Part shown: in pieces, positions 1 to 7,359 of the stretch
How the letters are laid out: every line of letters begins with the position of its first letter
How positions within the stretch are numbered: the stretch's first letter is position 1
Assembly (NCBI GenBank): GCA_051294375.1
Contig: JBJCIZ010000492.1
Span: forward strand, 1 to 7,406
Length of the DNA: 7,406 bases
Direction of reading: 5' to 3'
From: Paraspadella gotoi
Taxonomy: Eukaryota > Animalia > Chaetognatha
Program-made: the position numbers and the translations under genes
Notes under the pieces: generated by a model
What the model saw: the letters and a program-made list of their open reading frames with translations, nothing else
What the model was told of the DNA's origin: nothing
Database searches by the model: none

Positions 1-693
1 TTTCTTTGATATCTTTTGAACCAAAAATGATAGAACGATGGGACTGGTATAATATTAAAGCCCTAATTATGGGGCATCTTTTCCATATAATTTTTTTCAA
101 ACGTTTCAAAGTATTTTTCTTTATTCTGTATCGGAATCTTAGTCAAAAGTATAACAACTTTTGAAATTGAATTAAACATACTTGGCCGTATTTAAAAAAA
201 TAAAAAAATTATAGATTCTGAAAGAGAAAAGATTAAATTATGTTTCTTATGTAAACAAAGATTTTCTATACTTCAAATATTTATATAATTACTAAGGATA
301 ATAAATTATCATTTTGTTGAAAAAAAATAAGTAAAAAATCATGTAGCAACCTTAAAAAACATATGATTTAAATATGAAAATTTAGGATTTCAAACTTTGT
401 TCCCCCTGATTTAAAACTACTGACATAGGGCTAAAAGACTGTATTGTCAGATTTTTAAATTGTGGTCATCTTCAGGTGCAAATTAAAACCTTTGCATATT
501 GCCCATTAGCTATTTTAATATAAACAATTTTTATTACAAAAACCACTACAATCTTTCAATAATACGCTAATGCATGTAGCTGTATGGTTAAATTGTTGTT
601 TTCATTTTTTATTATAATACAGGGCCTTTATCAATAAAAGGGTAAATTACAAAGAAAATGAGGTATTGCAAGGCTCCATATTGAAACTATGAT
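1..693 (+). repeat. Copy 1 of a ~700-bp direct duplication (partner 2974-3689); non-coding and AT-rich, possibly a transposon-derived segment
   Basis: Colinear match by eye from tttctttgat (1 vs 2974) to ccatattgaaactatgat (693 vs 3689). Differences are mostly single-base indels. Confidence 0.95.
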
Positions 694-696
694 CGA

Positions 697-1293
697 CTCT
701 CTCTCTCTCTCTTTTTCTCCGTCACTGCTTCTTCTGATTTGTTCTAAAAACGAGTTCCGGCTCTGCAGCGTAATCTGCCAGCTATCTTTCTCTCTCTCTC
801 TCTCTCTATCTCTCTTCTTTTTTTTTTTTTTTTACAAAAAAATTTTAAATATATGTGGGGCTCACTAATTTGTAAAAAAACGACTGCCGCGAACAGGGTG
901 CGACCGTGTTCTCTTGGGTAGGAGAAAAAGCTCACGTACGTTCTGGGCCATAGGTTACATGCTGATTCTTTAACGAGTAAGGGCTGTAAAGCTTTCTCTC
1001 TCTCTCCTTTTAATCTATTATATATCGTCGTTTCTCTCTTCTCTTTTTTCTCTGCAGCGGCTGTTCTCTCTCTCTCTTTTTCTCGTCTGTTGTTTGTGTC
1101 TCTGTCCCTCTCTTGTCCGGATCTCTTGCGTGATCGTATGTGTTTTTGAAAAATTCTGATTATTTTTTTCCTTCTAAAAACTTTTTATTATTTACCATTT
1201 ATTCCGCGCGCTTTTTTTCAATACAAAATCCCATATTTTCACCGAGCATTTCGTTGCAATTTATTCTTTTTCTTTCCTCATCTCTCTCTCTCA

Positions 1294-1324
<31 letters not shown>

Positions 1325-1325
1325 T
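697..1325 (-). repeat. CT-rich low-complexity tract with diverged inverted units of the GA-rich satellite at 4222-4734
   Basis: Several (CT)n runs. The reverse complement of ~1122-1180 (tttttagaagg...aatcagaatttttcaaaaacacatacgatcacgcaagaga) matches ~4566-4625. The reverse complement of 721-760 (ccggaactcgtttttagaacaaatcagaagaagcagtgac) matches cctgaaactcgttttttaaacgatcagaaaaggcagc at 4348. Confidence 0.8.
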
Positions 1326-1359
1326 TCACTTCATTTACACGCATTTGTTTGTTTTTTAT

Positions 1360-1476
1360 TGACTATCATCAGCATCAATGAATGACCAATCATCGCATCA
1401 GTGAATGAACTATCATCACATGCAGTGAATGACTATTCATTCGCATCAATAATTGATTATACATCGAATCAATAAT
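1360..1476. repeat. Minisatellite, ~22-bp unit TGACTATCATCGCATCARTGAA, 5 copies, decaying further to ~1555
   Basis: Units start at about 1360, 1383, 1406, 1430 and 1454, directly adjacent with no unique spacers. Confidence 0.85.
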
Positions 1477-1667
1477 CAATTCCTATTTACTATCAATAAA
1501 TTACTATTACATCAATCAATTAAGTATTACCCAGATAAATTACATATTACACATAATTCGTCTAGTCGGCATGATCATTCGTTTTTTCCCGACGGTTTTT
1601 TCATTAATTTTTCTTGATGTGGTGCTCTGGCTCCGATCTTGAGTCTTTTAGATTTTTTTATTTTATG

Positions 1668-1782
1668 TCTCCTCTCTCTCTCCTCCATTCTCACTCTCTC
1701 TCTCTCATCTCTCTCTTTTCTCTTCTCACTCTTCTCTCTCTCTCTCACTCTCTTCTTTCTCTGCTACTCTCTCTCTCTCTCA
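1668..1782. repeat. Imperfect (CT)n microsatellite
   Basis: About 115 bp of nearly pure pyrimidine with CT periodicity. Confidence 0.9.
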
Positions 1783-1859
1783 TTTTTATGCAATAGCCGA
1801 CAGATTCCTTAATGCTTTTAAGATTTTTTTAACTGCATCAATTTTTCAAGACTTTGCAT

Positions 1860-2970
1860 GTCGGTTCAAAACTTTATATGCAGCTTCCTTCACTCCTTCT
1901 ATGGCTACAAAATATCATCTCAATCTATCATGGGTAAATAAATAAAAAGATTCAAGTAAATGTGATCATATTGTTTTTTTCATTTTAAACTCATTTCCAC
2001 TGAAACTTTATATCAAGCTTCGTCACACATTTGTCCTACACCACACAACAAAATTTCAACTCAATTATCCATCCAATTATGATTTAATGTTTTAGAGTAT
2101 TTTTTTTTTGTGTAAAATAAGTACAAAAAAAGATTTAGTAAAATTTCGACTTATGTTTTTTATTTAACACTAGTTTCCACTACACACGATTCCATCGAAA
2201 CTTTAATATCCGCTTTACACACACCTTTCCCTACTCACACACAAATTTTAATTTTCAATCTAACCAGCAATCACGAGTTATTGAAGCTTTTTGCAAGATG
2301 GGAACGGGCATGGAGGGATTGATTGACTAAATTAATTAATTATTGATTAATTTATTTACTAATTGATTAATACACTGATTAATTACTTTTGATTATTAAT
2401 ACATCTGATATTATTTAATATAAAAGGAAAAAGAAGCATAATCATATTTTAGTAAAACAGCGGTTTTTTGTTATTTCCATTTAAACTCATTCCACTCAAA
2501 CTATTTCCTCGAAACTTGATCCTGTTCAACACACACTTTCCTACCCACATACAAAATTCCAGGTCAATGCAGCCCATCCATTATGTGAGCAATTGGTTGT
2601 TCAAATAGTGAATATTATTTTTGTTGTTGTTTTTTCACTTTAAACTCATTTCCACTCGGACGATTCCAGCGAAACTTCATATCATCTCATCAACACTACC
2701 TATCCTCACACAAAATTTCTTTTTAAATCCATCCATCCCAATCACGAGAAATTGGTGTTTTTGCTAAGCGTGGGACGACGGAACGGGGCCGGACGGACGG
2801 ACTGACGGACGGACGGACGGACTTCATTTTTTTTGGCATAATTTATCATAATTCGATGTTCTGAATTGATATAAGTGTGTGCCGACAATATTGAGGGGGT
2901 CGGACTGAACGCGACCGGACAAAGTGAGTTATAGAGTCGGGATCTGCTGATAAGCAGATCCGACAAAAAA
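1860..2970 (-). mobile_element. Non-autonomous Helentron-associated (HINE/DINE-1-like) element, copy A, with expanded central tandem array; 3' end not resolved
   Basis: The minus strand starts TTTTTT-GTCGGATCTGCT-tatc-AGCAGATCCCGAC-TCTATAACTCACTTTGTC. It then has (GTCC)n (plus-strand GGAC repeats at 2791-2822) and tandem units (taaactcatttccact...gattcca.cgaaactt...cacaaaattt...aatc) near 2641, 2482, 2165, 1986 and, degenerate, 1860. Segment ~2390-2970 is the reverse complement of ~5825-6355. Class is assigned from architecture only. Confidence 0.75.
2936..2964. other. 5' subterminal hairpin of element copy A
   Basis: gtcgggatctgct (2936-2948), loop gata, agcagatccgac (2953-2964): a 12-bp stem with a one-base bulge. 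Confidence 0.9.
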
Positions 2971-2973
2971 TGA

Positions 2974-3689
2974 TTTCTTTGATTATCTTTTGAACAAAAA
3001 TAATGGTAGAACGATGGGCTGGCTTAATTAATATTTAAAGGCCCTAATTATGGGCAGTTCTTTCCATTATTATATTTTTTTTCAAACGTTTCAAATATTT
3101 TTCTTTATTCTGTATCGGAATCTTAAGTCAAAGTAGTGAACACTTTTGAAATTGAATTAAACATACTTGGCCGTATTTAAAAAAAATAAGAAAAATTATA
3201 GATTCTGAATGAAAAAGATTAAATTATGTTTTCTTATTGTAAACAAAGATTTTCTATACTTCAAATATTAGTTATAATTACTAAGGATAATAATTTCATC
3301 TTTGTTGAAACAAAATAATGTTAAAAAATCATGTAGCAACTAAAAACATGATGATTTAAATATGAAAATTAGGAGTTCAAAACTTTGTTCCCCTGATTTT
3401 TTTAAAACGTACTGACATGGGCTAAAAGACTGTATTGTTCAGATTTTTTAGAATGTGGTCATCTTCAGGTGCAAATTAACCTTTGCATATTTGGCCATTA
3501 GCTATTTAATATAAACAATTTTTTACAAAAACCACTACAATCTTGTCAATAATTACGCTAATGCATGTAGCTGTATGGTTAAATTGTTGTGTTCATTTTT
3601 TTATTTATTAATACGGGCCTTTATCCAATAAAAAGGGTAAATTACAAGAAAATGAACCGTATTGCAAGGCTCCATATTGAAACTATGAT
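2974..3689 (+). repeat. Copy 2 of the ~700-bp direct duplication (partner 1-693)
   Basis: Colinear with 1-693. It begins immediately beside the 5' terminus of element copy A and continues into unduplicated AT-rich sequence after 3689. Confidence 0.95.
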
Positions 3690-4221
3690 ATTCAATGGAA
3701 TTTTCTTTGTTCCTCAACAAAAGTACCTAAGCTTGAAGTTTCATTAGCTAATCTTTATTTTTATAATTTTAAAGGGCATGTTTGGCAAAAACAGTTAAGA
3801 AAACAAAAATGCATGATAAATTTTAGAGTAAAAAAATTTCTATAAATTGCTCTATTATTTCTTTCTATGACGTCAAGTTATTTTTTTTCTTATGTGATTT
3901 GAAAGATGAGCTGGCCTAAACCCACAGAATCGAATCAGACTTATACAGTAGAATACGCAAAATAAAAAAAAAATTCAAAAAGGAAATTAGACTAAAAACC
4001 GTGTTTATTTTCATATTTTTATCAAAACTTTTATGGATTTTCTTAGTATCCGGCTGCGTTGGATAGCCCAAAACTGCAGTTTCAGAAATCATCCATTGGT
4101 TTTGTAATATTTTACTGCGCTACATTGCGTGAAAAAATTGCTAGGAACCAAAGATTATCAGAAACCCCATTCGTTTCTTTCGGTTATTTCTAGGAGCCGC
4201 GGGAGCGATGACATATCTACC

Positions 4222-4734
4222 AGAGAGAGACAGACCACACACATAGAGAGACTCGAGAGAGACGGCGGAGCAGAGACAAGAGAGACGTGAGGAGAGATGA
4301 AGAGGAGACGGAGAGCAGAGAGAATGAAGATCAAAAAAAGAGAGAGGCCTGAAACTCGTTTTTTTAAACGATCAGAAAAGGCAGCCACGCCTTGATTTTT
4401 TTTTTCTTTTTTAAAAAAAATATAATCAGAATTTTTCAAAAAACGAGACCGATCATGCCAAGAGAGAGGCGTGAGAGAGACGGAAAGAGACGGAGAGAGA
4501 GAAGAGATCCTGAAGCTCGTTTTTTAAACGATTCAGAGAAAAGGCAGCGCCTGACAAATATATATTTTTTTTAGAAAGAAATAAAAAATCAGAATTTTCA
4601 AAAAACGAACGATCACGCCAAGAGAGAGACACGACGCACACAGAGAGAGACAGAGAGAGACTGAGAGAGACTGAAAGAGATTGGAGAGAGAACCTGAAAC
4701 TCGTTTTTAAATGATTCAGAAAGGCAGCGCCTGA
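4222..4734 (+). repeat. GA-rich compound satellite, ~160-185-bp period, about 3 units, running into an assembly gap
   Basis: The core cctgaa(a/g)ctcgttttt(t)aaa(c/t)gat(t)caga..aaggcagc starts at 4348, 4509 and 4693. The first two are followed by a T-run/A-run and aatcagaattttcaaaaaacga..gatca.gccaagagag, then a variable (GA)n/GAGAC tract. Confidence 0.9.
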
Positions 4735-4759
4735 NNNNNNNNNNNNNNNNNNNNNNNNN
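4735..4759. other. Assembly gap (25 N)
   Basis: Run of 25 n; true size and adjacency are unknown. Confidence 0.99.
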
Positions 4760-4819
4760 AAAAAAATATATATAATTAAAAAATAAAAAGCCACTGACTT
4801 CTTTTTCTATAGCGGCTTC

Positions 4820-5152
4820 CTACTTTGTAGAATTCAGCCATTCAATACGGTTTTTTCGATGTGAAAAAGTGTCTTCTTTTTTTTGCGCCGCAGTGTAAAC
4901 CAGTTTCAAAAACAGTCCAAGGAATATTGATAGGTATTAGGTAATCATCCTCATCGCCGTTGTTTGTCTCGATTGTCCCTTTAAATCGTTTGTCTGTGTC
5001 GATCAATTTCTTTATACGTAGCTCATCGTGCGATATCTTTTTGTAACTCCATAATCTCTCATGTTTTTCAGGTCGACGGCGATGGCTCGGTCAATCTTGT
5101 TAGCCTTCGTCTTTGCGATAAATGGGTTAATGTGTCGCGGCGTGACGTCCAT
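4820..5152 (-). pseudogene. Possible frameshifted coding relic, weakly resembling the N-terminal half of a Tc1-like transposase
   Basis: GC-richer, complex island. ATG at 5152 gives MDVTPRHINPFIAKTKANKIDRAIAVDLKNMRDYGVTKRYRTMSYV*. An overlapping frame gives ...RRRPEKHERLWSYKKISHDELRIKKLIDTDKRFKGTIETNNGDEDDYLIPINIPWTVFETGLHCGAKKRRHFFTSKKPY* (stop ends at 4842). The third frame gives ...AQKKEDTFSHRKNRIEWLNSTK* (stop ends at 4820). Similarity is by eye only. Confidence 0.3.
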
Positions 5153-5382
5153 GCTGAGTATAAAATATTTTTGGACTTGGATCACTCAGGAACATTAAAA
5201 AGTCAAATTGTATTTGACTATTTAAAGTCGATACTTTCTTAAGATCAAACATGAGATAAAGGGATATTAAAATGAAATTATGTTCAAATTAAATTAGTTG
5301 AAATCAAATTCGTTCGAAAATCGTTCGTGATTAACTGATTAAATAAGTGATTTAATCAAGAAAATATTAATTTTTTTTCTTT

Positions 5383-5682
5383 TTGTGTGTTTGCATTACA
5401 GAAATCACATATTTAAATCTGTTGATTGCGACGTTTTCAGAAATTTGGTTGTTTGGTTTAAGAAAAGGAAAAACAAACCATTATCATTATAAACTATTTC
5501 AAGACTCAAAAGATACTCATACTGTTATTGAAAGCTTATATTTTTATCTTGTAAGAGGGAAGGAGACCTTAAACCACCATAGCCTATTTATTGTGTCCAA
5601 AGACAGGGGCAGGATAGCTTATTTGTTAAATGAATGGATAATTTTTATATTGGTTGTACCAATTTTCAGATTTACTGAGTAA
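5383..5682 (+). CDS. Possible exon or coding relic of unknown product with an internal 30-codon repeat
   Basis: 99-codon open frame in AT-rich DNA with no ATG start. Acceptor-like TTACAG (5401) and TTTTCAG (5440). GKTNHYHYKLFQDSKD (5467-5514) vs GKETLNHHSLFIVSKD (5557-5604). Confidence 0.25.
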   Translation: MCVCITEITYLNLLIATFSEIWLFGLRKGKTNHYHYKLFQDSKDTHTVIESLYFYLVRGKETLNHHSLFIVSKDRGRIAYLLNEWIIFILVVPIFRFTE

Positions 5683-5824
5683 TCTGATAAAACTTCAGGG
5701 ATGGTACCCGAATCGCGCTATTGAGATGGTGCTTTAATCCACAAGGCCACTTTTGACGGGCCGGGGGCTACTTAGATTATCTAGGCTTCATTGGATGGAG
5801 GTTGACTTACAGCCGCGGCTATCA

Positions 5825-6609
5825 TTTTTAGTCAGCAGATCCCGACTCTATAATTCACTTTGTCGGTCCGTCGGTCCGTCGGTCCGCCCCCTCAATCTTG
5901 TCGGGCATTCACTTATATCATGTCAGAACATCGAATGACGATAAATTATCCAAAAATATGATGTCCGTCCGTCTGTCCGTCCGTCCATCCTTTGCAAAAA
6001 ACTCCAATTGCTCGTGATTGGATGGATAGATTGAAATGAAATTTTGTGTATGGATAGGGAAGTGTGCGATTGAGCTGGATATGAAGTTTCGATGGAATCG
6101 TGCGAGTGGAAATGAGTTTAAATGGAAAAAAACAAAAATGTCTATTTCACTATTTGAACGTCAATGAGTGGACGTGGCGATTGACTTTAAATTTGGTATG
6201 TGGGTAGGAAAGTGTGTGATTAAGCTGGAAATCAAGTTTTGATAGAATCGTCTGAGTGGAAATAAGTTTAAATAGAAAAAACAAAAAACATGTTTCACTA
6301 ATTGATTATGCTTTTTTTCTTTTTATATTAAATGTAAATGCAAGATGTATTAATTAATCAGTTAATTAATAAATTAGTTAATTAATTAAAAAATAATTAA
6401 TTAATCAATAAATTATTCAATCAATTTATTTAGTTATCTATTAATTAATTATTCGATACTCAATTTATTTATAAATTAATTATTTATTTAATCAATCAAT
6501 TAATTTATTAATTAAATAATTATTTTAGTTTATTTAATTTGTATTAATTAATTAATTAATTACCGCTAATGATCGTGGGAAGATCCGACATTGTTTGCTC
6601 AAACTTGTT
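5825..6609 (+). mobile_element. Non-autonomous Helentron-associated (HINE/DINE-1-like) element, copy B, ~785 bp, both ends visible
   Basis: TTTTTAGTC-AGCAGATCCCGAC-TCTATAA start; (GTCGGTCC)3 at 5862-5885; (GTCY)n at 5963-5990; two units exactly 150 bp apart (gatt at 6029/6179, aatc ending 6099/6249); AT-rich tail; 3' subTIR AGATCCGAC at 6581-6589 (complement of the 5' GTCGGATCT seen in copy A); hairpin GTTT-gctc-AAAC at 6593-6604; TTGTT end. No transposase ORF and no obvious target-site duplication. Confidence 0.8.
6349..6561. repeat. AT-rich degenerate tetranucleotide tract (ATTA/AATC/TTTA)n inside element B; shorter counterpart at ~2318-2400 in copy A
   Basis: Runs such as attaattaattaattaatta and aatcaatcaatt. 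Confidence 0.85.
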
Positions 6610-6813
6610 CATAAATTGTTTAATTGTAAACGGCGACAATCTTTTTTTGAAATTTTTTTGGTCGGGAGGGTATATCTATATGAGATCCTCACCATTAGCG
6701 TATTATTATTTCAATTCTTTTTTTTCAAGTTGATTATTTTTAATTTACGTATTAAATTCATCAGAAACTTAAAGCATTCATTAATTATTTTTTGGAAAAA
6801 CTAAAATAACAAA

Positions 6814-6897
6814 ATGTCTGAGCCCGAACACCCTGTTGGAGCAGAAGGGGATGCGAACGACGTCGAAATGACACCAGCTCAAAAAGCTTTCTCAGAG
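6814..6897 (+). CDS. Putative first coding exon of an unidentified spliced gene (MSEPEHPVGAEGDANDVEMTPAQKAFSE)
   Basis: A-rich start context caaaATGt; GC-richer island; 28 open codons ending at the donor-like GAG|GTAATT. Confidence 0.6.
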
Positions 6898-6961
6898 GTA
6901 ATTTACATTGATTGATATATTGATTATCCTGATATTTATCTAATTGTCGTTTGAACTAAAG

Positions 6962-7007
6962 GAAACCCCGCTAATAGACTTTGATCCCCGAGATTGTTTG
7001 AGGAACA
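6962..7007 (+). CDS. Putative exon 2 (ETPLIDFDPRDCLRN plus 1 nt)
   Basis: Follows a 64-bp AT-rich GT..AG intron (6898-6961) with a CTAAT branch-like motif at 6940. It is in frame with exon 1 and has a candidate donor A|GTATCA at 7008. Confidence 0.45.
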
Positions 7008-7053
7008 GTATCATAAAATACAATATATTTATAGTAATATCCTTATAAAATAG

Positions 7054-7071
7054 NNNNNNNNNNNNNNNNNN
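7054..7071. other. Assembly gap (18 N)
   Basis: Run of 18 n. Confidence 0.99.
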
Positions 7072-7359
7072 ATTTGGGAATTTTTATATAAAACGTTTTA
7101 CTCATTTTTCGAAGCTTTAACAAAAAGTTTCTTAGTTTTTTCCGGTGAATCAGAAACTGTTGCAAAAAAGAAAAAAATATTATTCAGAAATTTTATTAAT
7201 TTATAAGGATAAACCTATAAAGAAAATTCAATTTACTGTTATGAGAACTTTTTTATTATTATTTTTCATTACATACACAAAGGCCTCATAAAACTTTGAT
7301 CAATCTTTTTATCGCTCCACCCTATAACTTATACATTGTATACAAATGTGACATTCTAG

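Noticed and set aside
691-694. GATC at the duplication breakpoint (and GTCGAC at the window end) as cloning or ligation junctions
   Set aside because: Copy 2 reads GATA at the equivalent position, so no shared restriction site exists; short sites are expected by chance.
1360-1476. Possible CRISPR array
   Set aside because: Repeats are directly adjacent with no unique spacers, are degenerate, and there are no cas genes; the context is eukaryote-like.
1561-1595. Candidate 3' terminus of element A (gtcggcatgatcatt resembles the reverse complement of B's aatgatcgt...ccgac); a second candidate is atgtcgg at ~1858
   Set aside because: Matches are too short and the aacaagtttgagcaaac terminal hairpin is absent, so the end is left unresolved.
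744-1796. ORFs 744-935, 1140-1385 and 1614-1796
   Set aside because: Their RE/SL-rich translations come from (CT)n/(GA)n and homopolymer runs; non-ATG starts and no protein-like features.
2742-2966. ORF 2742-2966 (-) and its similarity to ORF 5753-5938 (+), sharing SRSRLYNSLC
   Set aside because: The shared peptide simply reflects the same non-coding element 5' end; VRPS repeats are translations of GTCC microsatellites.
3690-4200. Terminal inverted repeats for a DNA transposon containing the duplicated segment
   Set aside because: No convincing TIR pair or target-site duplication found by eye; left unclassified.
4158-4794. ORFs 4158-4439, 4392-4574 and 4453-4794
   Set aside because: Translations of the GA-rich satellite; one spans the N gap.
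6595-6804. 69-aa ORF
   Set aside because: TTG start inside the element terminus; F/I/K/L-rich composition typical of AT-rich non-coding DNA.
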